From positions 1 to 61,695 of IMG/VR virus record IMGVR_UViG_3300016722_000158: 61,695 nt of DNA; one strand, given 5' to 3'. A program made the translations under genes and the position numbers. This stretch comes from a virus (lineage: Duplodnaviria > Caudoviricetes). Positions 19,103-29,390 of this stretch are shown piece after piece. Below the pieces are notes generated by a model. That model saw only the letters and a program-made list of their open reading frames with translations. It did no database searches and was not told the DNA's origin. Position 1 is the first letter of the stretch, and the number at the start of each line of letters is the position of its first letter.

Positions 19103-22100
19103 TTATATCTTGTTTTTATTAATTTGAGATTGCTTTTTAATTTTATATATTCCTTTTTGTATACCTTTTGGATCTAATCTATTATTAACGTTAAATTGGG
19201 CTTGCTTGATTTTATTTTCAAGTTCATTTTGTAATGTTTTATCACTGGTAGCTTTAAAGGCTAAATAATAATTTAATTTTATTATTATCAGATACTTAAG
19301 AATTGGTATTTTTATATTTGAAATTGCGATTTGTATATAATCTTTATTCGTTTTTATATCTATGTCCAGCAACAAGAAATACAACATGAATAGTTTATAT
19401 TGATTATTATTTACATCAATTTCTAATTCTGTAATTTTATTTTTTATCATCCGTTCCATATTATAATGACCAATTCCATCATATAAAAATGTTTGGGCTA
19501 TTAAAGGAGTGAAATTAGACATAAAACGCAACAATTCAAATTCCTGAGAGTCTCCAATAGTCTCAGGAGCTTTTTTAAGTTTATTCGTAGCTAACATAGA
19601 GAAATTGTCTACAATATAAAACCCAAAATCACAATAATAATCTATTATTTCATTAAAGATATCTACTAGTTCATCTTTATAGGTTCGTATTTCATCTGAG
19701 TTCCTAAATATTCGCGATAATATTGATATGTATCTTTCTAAGATCTCGGGATTCATCTCGGTAGGACTAAATTTTTCTACTAAATGCACATCGGAATTAA
19801 TCTTTAATTCATCGATAGAATCTTCTAATTCTGCTTTTTCATTTGCAGACAGTGCTTTTTGTATGGATATCTGTTTACAAAAATCTTCTATTTGACTTGA
19901 AGTTTTTATATTATTAGATAATTCAATGTCTTTATTTTTAGCATATATGCTAAAAATTGGATCTACTTTTTTCTGTGTAATATGGTATATCTTTTTTAAG
20001 AAATTGAAATCATCACGTTTGAAACCACTATAAATTTCTAATTCATTTTTGAAACCTAAATATTTTGAGGAATCACTTAAAATTTCGTTCGTAAATTCTG
20101 AGTCTTTTGTCATCTGATATGCTAAAAAATATTCGAAAAAGCCATTTAGCCTAAACACATACAAGTCAATATCACTTTTTTGTTTTAATATTCCGCAAGC
20201 CATAAAATAGTTGAATATATCAGTAGCATTAGTGGATATTCTATCATTTTCAATAGTTATTTTATTAATGAAAGATAGGATATCTGAATAAGAAGCACTA
20301 TATACAGTTGATTCATGTTCGATAAATAAATATTTGGCTAATTCTGCACATATTGTTTTTAATTGTTCGAAACTAATTCGACTCTGAGCTATTAAAAGTT
20401 GTTTCTTTTCGAATATTTCATCAACGCATACATCTAATATCGAAAAAAGATTTCTAAAATAATTGTTAGAAGATTTATTATAAATCAATATGAGCAAAGA
20501 AACTGTCCAATAATTTAATGGAAGTTCTAATTGTTTACAAAGTTGAAATATTTTATCTTGAACAGCATCTTTTGATTGATTGATTGCTAACCTCTTTTCT
20601 GTATATGTTACAATTTCTTGCCTCCTTAAATCATGAAAAAATAATTTTTCAGACTTGGTTTCTCCTACATGAAATTTATCAACGGATCGAGTAATATTAT
20701 TTTCAGAGCATATAATGTATGAAACATGTGGATTTTTTAATAAAAAATCATTTAAATAAACTGCAAATCCTAAGATAGGAATATAATTATCTATCAATAA
20801 GATAAAATCGGAATTTTCCAAAATTTCTTTAACTTTTTCTTTGTTAATGCCATAATATTCCCTTATATTTTGACTTAAATCAAAATTTGAATCTATTTTA
20901 GATTCGTATTCTTTGGCGTCGATATAAAAGGGAATCTTGCATAATTTGGAATAATTGATAAGACAATATAATTGAATGCGTTTTAGTAATGTCGTTTTTC
21001 CACATTTATCTTTTCCCAAAATGATATAATTATTACCAGAAGCTAAATCTTCTATAGTAATTAAGCTTGAATTTACTCTAATAGCACTATCTTCTGAATT
21101 GTTTTTTAGTACTGGGTGGTTATAAAGAGACAAAAAATCCTTTTTTTCTTCATCTCCTTTTAATAAAAGTAATTTATTTGCATTCTCTTTTTCTAAGCTA
21201 ATTTTTTCAAAAATTTTACGTCGAAAAGCTATTTTTTTTGCTTTTTCTATTCCACAAGGTATCGTATGCCTAATTTCTGCCCCGATATGGCATAAATTAT
21301 CATCTTCAATATATGTAATCTCTTTTACCCGTATTAAATTTTCTTCAACATCATCTAATTCTATTAGGGAGCAACCTAGATTTCCTACGCTAGAAAGGGA
21401 AGCTTTAGCGACGTGTTCAAAGATACCATTTGTTCCACTATGACTTGAAATTGATGACATTTTGTGAACATGCCCTGAAAACATTAGATCGAATTCATTA
21501 TGTATAAAGTTTTCCACTTCGTAAAAATTGAATTCTTTTAAAAAATACAAAGGATGGTGTATTAGTACTATTTTTTTACTAACACCTGACATATAAGTTT
21601 TAATGTCATTAAGGGCCGATGTTGGAATAAGAAGATTACCCTTATCATCATTTGTCTTATCTGTCTTATCTGTCGTCTTGTCTATACTTGATACCCATGC
21701 AGAGTTTAGGCAAACAATTCCTATTTTCTGACCATCCTCATTGTTAGTTCTATAATAAATAGAATAGAGGTCTTTATGTATATTTATTGCATTGTCTTCA
21801 TGATACGATTTCAGAAATGATTGATAATTTTCTGAAGGTTTAAAACTATCAATAAACATTGAATCAGTCTTATTTTTATAAAAATCATTCAATTTTTCAT
21901 TTGATGTAATTTGTGTATCAAAATATGATTTTGCTGCAGAATGAATTTTTTCTCTGTTTATGTCATGGTTCCCTGGACAAAAGATGATTGACTCTTTTGA
22001 AATATTTAGTTTATCTGATATTTTATTAAACAGAGCATCGCAAGCGTATTGAAATATTTCGACACTATTGCCTGCTTGAACTAAATCTCCTGTGAAAAAT

Positions 22101-22216
22101 ACGAAATCAATTTTTATTTTTTCCTTTATGATAGTATCGATTATAGAATTAACTACTTTAACCTCTAATGTACTTTCTTTCGTATAATGAAAGTCTGTTA
22201 TATGTAAAATTCTCAT
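19103..22216 (-). CDS. Calcineurin-like metallophosphoesterase fused to a STAND-like NTPase (1037 aa), putative defence protein
   Basis: LHITDFH, TGDL, PGNHD, IHHP and SGHVH; Walker A GKDKCGKT; Walker B LLIDN; helical C-terminus. Confidence 0.82.
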   Translation of the reverse strand: MRILHITDFHYTKESTLEVKVVNSIIDTIIKEKIKIDFVFFTGDLVQAGNSVEIFQYACDALFNKISDKLNISKESIIFCPGNHDINREKIHSAAKSYFDTQITSNEKLNDFYKNKTDSMFIDSFKPSENYQSFLKSYHEDNAINIHKDLYSIYYRTNNEDGQKIGIVCLNSAWVSSIDKTTDKTDKTNDDKGNLLIPTSALNDIKTYMSGVSKKIVLIHHPLYFLKEFNFYEVENFIHNEFDLMFSGHVHKMSSISSHSGTNGIFEHVAKASLSSVGNLGCSLIELDDVEENLIRVKEITYIEDDNLCHIGAEIRHTIPCGIEKAKKIAFRRKIFEKISLEKENANKLLLLKGDEEKKDFLSLYNHPVLKNNSEDSAIRVNSSLITIEDLASGNNYIILGKDKCGKTTLLKRIQLYCLINYSKLCKIPFYIDAKEYESKIDSNFDLSQNIREYYGINKEKVKEILENSDFILLIDNYIPILGFAVYLNDFLLKNPHVSYIICSENNITRSVDKFHVGETKSEKLFFHDLRRQEIVTYTEKRLAINQSKDAVQDKIFQLCKQLELPLNYWTVSLLILIYNKSSNNYFRNLFSILDVCVDEIFEKKQLLIAQSRISFEQLKTICAELAKYLFIEHESTVYSASYSDILSFINKITIENDRISTNATDIFNYFMACGILKQKSDIDLYVFRLNGFFEYFLAYQMTKDSEFTNEILSDSSKYLGFKNELEIYSGFKRDDFNFLKKIYHITQKKVDPIFSIYAKNKDIELSNNIKTSSQIEDFCKQISIQKALSANEKAELEDSIDELKINSDVHLVEKFSPTEMNPEILERYISILSRIFRNSDEIRTYKDELVDIFNEIIDYYCDFGFYIVDNFSMLATNKLKKAPETIGDSQEFELLRFMSNFTPLIAQTFLYDGIGHYNMERMIKNKITELEIDVNNNQYKLFMLYFLLLDIDIKTNKDYIQIAISNIKIPILKYLIIIKLNYYLAFKATSDKTLQNELENKIKQAQFNVNNRLDPKGIQKGIYKIKKQSQINKNKI

Positions 22217-22455
22217 TTGGAAAATAGATTTAGTTGTTGTGTTATAGTATTGTTAACATTTTCTTATCTAACTTTAGTTAGTGAAAATTCATAATTGACA
22301 GCTAAGCTAGTAATATTTTTTCATAATATTTCATTTTTTTGAAATTTTAAGAGTTTTATATCAACATCCTTTTATCTACTGCAAAAATAATTTTAGTCTC
22401 AAATATCCCAATAAAATTGTAGTATTGAACTCTCTTTACTATAAAATTATATTTT

Positions 22456-23091
22456 TTATAAAGAATCTTTTGTGGCATCAATATGATCTTGTATCTTAAT
22501 TAAATTCTTTTCTATTTTTTCTATTCTATCCCTGTTTTCTTTAATCGTTTTATTATTCTCATCTATATTGTTATATATAGTATGCGTTTCACATGTTGCT
22601 ACTAGTCCCACAATAATTGATAAAACAGTAAATATAATACCGGAAAAAGTTAATATTGTATTTATATGATTTTTATTCTCAGCTTTAGCTTCTGCTATTT
22701 TATCCTCAAGATCTTTTCTAACATCTCTATCACCTGATAATACAGATTCTTTTACAGATTCAATTTTCTCAGAAAGATTTCTTTCGGTATCAATAATTCG
22801 TTGCGTTTGCCCATCAATTTTTTCATCCAAATGAAGATAGTCAGATCTATCAGTTAAAGTTTCATTATCATGAGAAGAAGCCCCAGTATCTAATCCATTT
22901 GAAGGCTTGGATTTTACTACTGAAGATAAGGTCTCCTGCTGTACCTTTTGTGCTGCCGGTGCATGATCAGAAAAATGATTTAGATATTGATTAAAAGATT
23001 CAATATTATAATCACTCGGTCTTCGCTGCTGCTGTTTACTAATTGGAGACTTATGTTTATCTTTTTTTGATTTATTTCCAGACATAATCAA
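22456..23091 (-). CDS. Hypothetical coiled-coil protein with one TM segment
   Basis: Disordered N-terminus, coiled coil, TM ILTFSGIIFTVLSIIVGLVA; overlaps the upstream gene. Confidence 0.7.
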   Translation of the reverse strand: MIMSGNKSKKDKHKSPISKQQQRRPSDYNIESFNQYLNHFSDHAPAAQKVQQETLSSVVKSKPSNGLDTGASSHDNETLTDRSDYLHLDEKIDGQTQRIIDTERNLSEKIESVKESVLSGDRDVRKDLEDKIAEAKAENKNHINTILTFSGIIFTVLSIIVGLVATCETHTIYNNIDENNKTIKENRDRIEKIEKNLIKIQDHIDATKDSL

Positions 23092-23795
23092 AACAAATTC
23101 AGGATTTTATTATAGATATTCTTCTCGACAGTAAGAGAGTACATAAAGACATCTTTTATTAAACTTTGACTATTAATAGATTCGATTTTATTTGTAATAT
23201 AATTATCTGTATCTATTGCAAATCCAATATGTTCATTATGTTCTTTATAATCAAATTCACTTACCAGAAAATTATCATTCCTATTCACAGGTCCGATTCT
23301 ATACATCCCTTTATCGTGTACCAATTGAAAACAAAAATCTTTAGCTTCAAAATTATTGTACAAAAAATCAGAAGGAAATGCACTTAAAAACGTTTTTAAT
23401 ATTTCATTAAAATCTTGATTTTCAATCTTATATGTTCCAAGTATTCTACATCCTATTCTAAGAATATTTAGTTCTCCAATTGTATCTAAAATTACTTTAT
23501 ATGATTTCTCAAATTGAGAAAAATAACTATCAAGGCTATCTATCTTTCTAGATATATAACTAATACGATTGTGGAATACAGCAAATGTTGAAGAGCAATC
23601 TTCTTCTGCAATAGCATTGCCCACAACTAATCGAGTACTATTCATCTCTCCAAATTTCTCTTTATAGCAATCAAGGGTTCTTAGCTTATCTATTATTTGC
23701 CCGCGTTTATCAATAATGGAGAATGTTGGTTCAAAACGTAATTCAATAACTATTTTTCTGTTGCCAATTTTTTTGTTTTCTATATTCGCATCCAT
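23088..23795 (-). CDS. Hypothetical protein, possibly TIGR04255-like
   Basis: VIELRF, LRIGCR and FAIDTD resemble that family; the call is tentative. Confidence 0.55.
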   Translation of the reverse strand: MDANIENKKIGNRKIVIELRFEPTFSIIDKRGQIIDKLRTLDCYKEKFGEMNSTRLVVGNAIAEEDCSSTFAVFHNRISYISRKIDSLDSYFSQFEKSYKVILDTIGELNILRIGCRILGTYKIENQDFNEILKTFLSAFPSDFLYNNFEAKDFCFQLVHDKGMYRIGPVNRNDNFLVSEFDYKEHNEHIGFAIDTDNYITNKIESINSQSLIKDVFMYSLTVEKNIYNKILNLF

Positions 23796-23995
23796 ATTGT
23801 TTAAAATAATAACTGTTTATAAATTTATATACGATCGATTTAAGGTGTTTAGACCAATAAAAGTAATTTTTAGATAACAAAAATCAATATATTATTAATA
23901 GGAGTACAAAAAATCTCCTGTCTTTTTGCAAAAATACATATTTTCTATAATAAAAGGGCTTGTGTTTTAATAAATGTATTAAAATTTATATTCAA

Positions 23996-24445
23996 CTAGA
24001 ACATTATATAACAAATAAAAAATGCGAGATTACCAAAAAGATCAACAGCATCTCTACCCATTACTACTATTTCGGTCTTACCAGATATAGGATGTCTAAT
24101 CAGGCCGCTTTTGGAAGTTATGACATCTTCAATATCATCTCTATTTAGGCATCCGAATACACCAGTGACGACAACCGTTTTGGCGCAAAAAATATTGCAA
24201 TCAGAGCATTCTGCTTTATCTACACTTTCCTGGTCCGATTCTTTTTTCCCACCTTTTCTCACCTTAAATAACGATTCGTACAGTTTGTCACCATTGCAGA
24301 TGTGGACGAATATATCTCCACACATATTGGCATCATTCATGGCATCATGATGCCCATTTATTTTGACGCCATATGAGATGCTTCAATTAGAGCCATCCCG
24401 GTTAACTGATAAGTGCAGAAGCATTCTTTGATGTTTAAATCTTCG
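23996..24445 (-). pseudogene. Truncated, frameshifted DEDDh 3'-5' exonuclease-BRCT gene
   Basis: Minus strand gives EDLNIKECFCTYQLTGMALIEA, a frameshift near 24378, then SYGVKINGHHDAMNDA (ExoIII-like) and the BRCT start KTVVVTGVF..ISGKTEIVVMG. The 5' end is missing. Confidence 0.7.
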
Positions 24446-24462
24446 ATGAATGTTTTTTTAAG

Positions 24463-25206
24463 TTACTCTTTTAGAACATGACCATTTGTATTGCAAATTT
24501 TGTGTAATTGTCCGCTTCTACCTAATTCTTTTAATTTGTTCCTAAATAAGAAAGTCAAAATAGGAGCAACAATAACAATAACAATAATTAAAAAAATCCA
24601 GAAGAAGCTAGATTTAAAACATATTAATAATATCAAGTGAAGTATTGTTATCGATGCCCATATAATTAAACATGCTTGCCCTATTATTATATTTATTTTG
24701 GAAGGGGAATAAGCTCCTGCGTTATCACTGAATAAGCAATTGTTCAATAAATATTTCGGAATTCCCATTTTTCCCATGACATTCTCCGCTGGTAATCCGA
24801 GAGCCTCTCGATGTTCTTCTTCAAAATAACCAATGGCTGTTTCATATACTTCGTACCATGCCTTGGAACCTTTTGCCATCATTATCCACAAAGTAGAAAA
24901 AAAAGAGCTGATAGCTCCTAAAAATACAGCTATCATGTTTAGATAAAATAGCTTATTATAATTTGGAGGAGGAAAGTTATTGTATACAAAATTAAAGGAC
25001 CCTTGTATTTGGGACATATTATTATTGCCCCAATACGCATCAACTATATTCATGAGTATATAGGCATACCCTGTAAAGCATAAGATTAAAAACGCAGAGA
25101 GAAATATTGAACGTTGCCACAAATTAGATATTTCCAAATCACGGCACTTGTATAATCGGTCACGTTCTCTATTTAGAGCATCTTTGTCTATTTCTTTGTC
25201 ATTCAT
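24463..25206 (-). CDS. Multi-pass membrane protein resembling the RipA-like octameric membrane family; putative defence effector
   Basis: RDLEISNLWQRS, MAKGSKAWYEVYE and YSPSKIN motifs; about 4 hydrophobic helices; start placed at MNDKEI. Confidence 0.6.
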   Translation of the reverse strand: MNDKEIDKDALNRERDRLYKCRDLEISNLWQRSIFLSAFLILCFTGYAYILMNIVDAYWGNNNMSQIQGSFNFVYNNFPPPNYNKLFYLNMIAVFLGAISSFFSTLWIMMAKGSKAWYEVYETAIGYFEEEHREALGLPAENVMGKMGIPKYLLNNCLFSDNAGAYSPSKINIIIGQACLIIWASITILHLILLICFKSSFFWIFLIIVIVIVAPILTFLFRNKLKELGRSGQLHKICNTNGHVLKE

Positions 25207-25457
25207 AATATTAATTTTAAATTGATACAAATATATAAACAAATATGCAAAATGGCATTTTTTCAACTATATTTTTTACAAATGCAAAAATTAGTAGCCC
25301 TTGTTGCTAGTACAAAATTAAAAAGAGGAACAACGGCGTATGATGTTCCTCTTCTCAAACTGTGGTAAAGTGTTCAATTAAACTTTTATATATGCGAGAA
25401 TTTCACAATATCAATTTTATTTACGATGTCGTCGAACTTCTGTTGTATGATATTTTT
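25201..25457. repeat. Intergenic repeat copy A (terminator + promoter + leader)
   Basis: Shares with 27733-28046: ATTCATAAT, AAATTGAT(A/G)CAAATATAT, the AAGAGGAACA hairpin, TGTGGTAAAGT(G/A)TTCAATTAAAC, AGAATTTCACAA and TTTACGATG.CGTCGAA. Confidence 0.85.
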
Positions 25458-25497
25458 GTTCGAATTATTATATAGGAAAGGGGTGAGAATTTGTATT

Positions 25498-27738
25498 TTA
25501 TGCAAATGGGAGGCCCGACTTTTCGCATTCGCAATCTATATGTTCATGCTTTAGAGCTTTTTTAAAAATTTCGAATCCTTTAGCTTTAGGTCCAAAAATT
25601 ACTTTTTCTAGGCAGGTCTTATCTATTTTTTGATAGTTCATATGCATTCGAGAATAATCTGAAGTAAAAAGAATTTCTCTTTCTTCTTTCTCTTTTTTTG
25701 CATCTTCATCCATGTCTTTTATGCAAATCATTCTACATTCTTGCTCTTCTTTAAAGGCTGCATGTTTTACTAAATACCTTAGGGTGAGGAATAGATTTTC
25801 AATAATGTCTTTATCTTTATTTTGTAAATTACTTAGCATGTCGTTTATGTCACCTGAAATTTTTTTTATGTCTTCTAGTTTTTTATTTATCTCATTATCA
25901 TCGGAATGTCCTAAAGAGACAATGTCTTTTTTGTCTGGATCTATGTAAAGGCATCTAAAAATGGGATATTTATGATCTATCGTTATTCCATTGCATTCCT
26001 GTATATCTCTTTTTTGTTTTTCCGGTAGGATATCTAAACACATATTTTGATTAAAAAAATTATGATTTAATACGATACTAACTCCTGTGGCTTCTTCTGA
26101 ATTCTCTTTTCCATACAATCGAAATTGGTTTAAACTTTTTTCATTAAAGCTAAAACAACCTATAAAAGCTTGAAAGTCATGTATGTCTTTTGATCTGTTA
26201 ATGTCAGGATCCGCCTCGAGAGTATTAATATTCAAATATTTCATTAAGATTTCCCCTTCTGTAGGGTCATTCGTTGTTAAGGCAGAACTAAGGCAAAATG
26301 ATGATTTGTCAAGAATTAATAGAGACGCTATCTTCCGAGTTGTATAATGTGCAAAGGAATATTCTTTATCGTCTTTTAAAAGTAAGGAATAAATTATTTT
26401 TAATATAGATAAATATATTTGTCTATAGGAATTAACTAATTCTTCATTATCCTTTATCGGAGCTATAATTCTATTAAATCGGCAATTGGGATTCTTATCA
26501 ATGAGTGAAGAAGTAACATCTTGCATTTGTTCTATATCATTGTAACATGCTAAAGTTTCAATAGGATCAATTTGTGCTAGATTAAGGTATTCAATTCCTT
26601 TTTTATTTTCATTCATGTGAATATAATTTTCACCGATTATCTGAAATGTAAACTCTTTATTAGTTGATGATATTGTTTCGTCTGATTCTAAATATGTAAG
26701 TAAATGATTGTTGCATTCTTCGTATTCTTTTATTTGTGAAAAAGCAATGCCTATATAAAAAAGTGCCGTAAGTTTATATTTATCATAAGAACTATCTTCT
26801 TTGCAATGATTAATAATTCCTTCATAGCTTTTGATAGCATTTCGGTATTGTCCCTGATTAAAATAAACATCTCCTTTACTCAAATAAGCAGCCGCGAAAT
26901 CCTTTTTTGAATCTATTGCTTTGCTATAATCACTTATCGCTTCTTTATACATCTCTAGGGTATTATAGGAGTTCCCTCTATTATAATATACTTCTGCGAA
27001 ATCCTGTTTTGAATTTATGACCTTGCTGTAATCACTTATAGCCTCTTTATACTTCTCTATAGTGTCATAGGAGTTTCCTCTATAATAATATGCCTCTACA
27101 AAATCAGATTTTAGCTTTATGGCCTTGCTGTAATCACTTATCGCTTCTTTATACATCTCTAGAGCATCATAGGAGTTACCTCTATTACAATATGCCTCTG
27201 CAAAAAATGGTTTTAGCTCTATTGCCTTGCTGAAATCAGCTATTGCCTTTTCATACATCTCTAGGGTATCATAGGAGTTGCCTCTATTACAATATGCCTC
27301 TGCAAAATTTGGTTTTAGCTTTATTGCCTTACTGAAATCATCGATAGCATCTTTATACTTCTCTAGGGCATCATAAGAGTTACCTCTATTACAATATACC
27401 TCTGCAAAATACGGTTTTAGCTCTATTGCCCTGCTGAAATCAGCTACGGCCTCTTCATACATCTCTAGGGCATTATAGGATTTACCTCTAGCATAATATG
27501 CTTTTACAAATTTAGGCTTTTTCTCTATAGCTTTGGTGTAATCACTTATAGCCTCTTTATACATCTTTAGTGCATCATAGGATTTACCTCTTTTATAATA
27601 TGCCTCTACAAAAGATGGTTTTTTCTCTATTGCCTTGCTGAAATCATCGATAGCATCTTTATACTTCTCCTGGGAATAATAAGAATTACCTCTTTTATAC
27701 AATTCTTCAGCGTCATTAGGTTCAGGTTCGTTATTCAT
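25498..27738 (-). CDS. TPR-repeat protein with a C-terminal DUF2971-like domain
   Basis: About 9 near-identical 34-aa TPRs; C-terminal HYT, NDPTEG, GCFS, QFRLYG and KHAAFKEEQECR. Confidence 0.82.
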   Translation of the reverse strand: MNNEPEPNDAEELYKRGNSYYSQEKYKDAIDDFSKAIEKKPSFVEAYYKRGKSYDALKMYKEAISDYTKAIEKKPKFVKAYYARGKSYNALEMYEEAVADFSRAIELKPYFAEVYCNRGNSYDALEKYKDAIDDFSKAIKLKPNFAEAYCNRGNSYDTLEMYEKAIADFSKAIELKPFFAEAYCNRGNSYDALEMYKEAISDYSKAIKLKSDFVEAYYYRGNSYDTIEKYKEAISDYSKVINSKQDFAEVYYNRGNSYNTLEMYKEAISDYSKAIDSKKDFAAAYLSKGDVYFNQGQYRNAIKSYEGIINHCKEDSSYDKYKLTALFYIGIAFSQIKEYEECNNHLLTYLESDETISSTNKEFTFQIIGENYIHMNENKKGIEYLNLAQIDPIETLACYNDIEQMQDVTSSLIDKNPNCRFNRIIAPIKDNEELVNSYRQIYLSILKIIYSLLLKDDKEYSFAHYTTRKIASLLILDKSSFCLSSALTTNDPTEGEILMKYLNINTLEADPDINRSKDIHDFQAFIGCFSFNEKSLNQFRLYGKENSEEATGVSIVLNHNFFNQNMCLDILPEKQKRDIQECNGITIDHKYPIFRCLYIDPDKKDIVSLGHSDDNEINKKLEDIKKISGDINDMLSNLQNKDKDIIENLFLTLRYLVKHAAFKEEQECRMICIKDMDEDAKKEKEEREILFTSDYSRMHMNYQKIDKTCLEKVIFGPKAKGFEIFKKALKHEHIDCECEKSGLPFA
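26880..27705 (-). repeat. 102-bp tandem repeats encoding TPR units
   Basis: Blocks such as CTTTATACATCTCTAG...ATAGGAGTT recur with 102-bp periodicity. Confidence 0.85.
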
Positions 27739-28046
27739 AATAAATAGTAATTAAAATTGATGCAAATATATTGACAATATGAATAATGTTGTTTCGCTAA
27801 TTACCGTTTTTTATGTAAAAAAAAGATTTATAAAAATATATTATACATTCAATATGATGATTCATGAAAAATATTTATGTTAGTGGTTAAACATAAAAGT
27901 AAGAAGAGGAACAATCGACGTGCGATGTCCCTCTTTTGATATTGTGGTAAAGTATTCAATTAAACCAGCGTCTATGTCAGAATTTCACAACACCTAGTGG
28001 CTATAGTTTGTTTACGATGGCGTCGAAAATTTGTTGTAATATATTT
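27733..28046. repeat. Intergenic repeat copy B (terminator + promoter + leader)
   Basis: Same blocks, same order and orientation as copy A. Confidence 0.85.
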
Positions 28047-28051
28047 ATAGG

Positions 28052-28717
28052 TTATTGTTTACTATCATGGTATTCTATATCCTTTTTCCATTCACATAAT
28101 AAATCTGCAATTCTCCTATAATTATGCCCTTTATTGATTAATATTTCGGTAATTCTCTTATTGGTAAATAATATCATTATCCTATAAATGTTTTTCAGAG
28201 ACTCTGCTCCACAATCTCTAATTGTTTGAGATATAATATCAACGATGCTTGTTTTATATATTTCTATTGAAATATCATCTATCCCTTTACAATAATTTAG
28301 ATCAAAGTCTCTTTCTGCTATAATTTCTGAAGTCTCTGTAGGCATATTACCAAAGGCTATATATGAGCAAATGTGATTGTTTAAAAATTCATTTGATCTA
28401 CAAGCTAAGATAAAACCCGAATAATTACAAAATAAACTCAGATCTTGCAATGTTAGTAATGGTATAAATTCCCCATTTTTGGGAGAACCATATAAACAAT
28501 TACTACAGCCATGTCCCAAAAAGAAAAGGATGCAATTCTCTGGATTTAATTTTAATATCTTTTCTTTCATTTGATTTACTTCCGGACCTTCTGTCGTATC
28601 AATTCTATAATCAATAAAATTACTTTGAGTTTTTAATATATTATAAATTGGTTCTAAAAAATTGGTAGTTAAATCATATGGATATATACAAATAATTTGT
28701 TTACTCATCACTTTCAT
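28052..28717 (-). CDS. Putative caspase-like (clan CD) cysteine protease
   Basis: LFFLGHG followed by FILACRS resembles the His-Gly/Ala-Cys dyad; then YIAFG. Confidence 0.55.
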   Translation of the reverse strand: MKVMSKQIICIYPYDLTTNFLEPIYNILKTQSNFIDYRIDTTEGPEVNQMKEKILKLNPENCILFFLGHGCSNCLYGSPKNGEFIPLLTLQDLSLFCNYSGFILACRSNEFLNNHICSYIAFGNMPTETSEIIAERDFDLNYCKGIDDISIEIYKTSIVDIISQTIRDCGAESLKNIYRIMILFTNKRITEILINKGHNYRRIADLLCEWKKDIEYHDSKQ

Positions 28718-29390
28718 TTATCTTTATCATATATGCTATGACTTGCTCCATAATCTCTCCTTGGAAGTCACGTCCTTGTGAACTTTGTCTATCTATTTCA
28801 TCCGCAATATCGTTTAACGTTTTTCCTTTAAAGGGTTCATAGCAAGATTTAAAAGTTAAATCTCCGTATTCTCTTATTTTTTGAACTAACAATGATGTGG
28901 TTTGTACTTTTTTATCTTTTAATAAAGCTTTGAGAGCATTTGCATAATCATTTCTGTCAACAAAATCGTTGATGTTGTATTTTATTAATTTTTTTATTTC
29001 TGATATTAAATCTCTCTCATTTTTTTGGGGATAATCACCTAATATTCTTCTGATAACCTTATCTAGTGTACCAGAATATAAAATGATAGGGACATTAGGT
29101 CTTACCCTACGAATTTCCTCAACAACAGTTATACCATCAATATTATCATCAGATAAACCAAAATCTGTAGCAATGGCATCAATAGCTTTGTTTTTACAAG
29201 CTTCTTCTATTTTTGATCTTAATTTATCTATATCTATGTCTTCGTTGTCGTTTAAAACTTCAGGGGAGCTCGTTCTAATATGTATGACATGGACATCAAA
29301 TCCTTCTTTTCTTAAAGGTCTTTTCACATTAGATTCAAATTCATATTGTTGATCTACATCATCTATAATGATACAATTTTTTTCCGTCAT
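28701..29390 (-). CDS. Response-regulator receiver domain protein
   Basis: IIIDD acidic pair, ATDFGL phospho-Asp, DG, IILYSG. Confidence 0.85.
   Translation of the reverse strand: MTEKNCIIIDDVDQQYEFESNVKRPLRKEGFDVHVIHIRTSSPEVLNDNEDIDIDKLRSKIEEACKNKAIDAIATDFGLSDDNIDGITVVEEIRRVRPNVPIILYSGTLDKVIRRILGDYPQKNERDLISEIKKLIKYNINDFVDRNDYANALKALLKDKKVQTTSLLVQKIREYGDLTFKSCYEPFKGKTLNDIADEIDRQSSQGRDFQGEIMEQVIAYMIKINESDE

Noticed and set aside
25295-25320. TGTTGCTAG half-match to the late-promoter box
   Set aside because: The ATWGT half is missing and spacing to the nearest -7-like element is not 27-28 nt
26880-27705. Regular repeats suggesting a CRISPR array
   Set aside because: In-frame 102-bp TPR-coding repeats with no unique spacers and no cas genes
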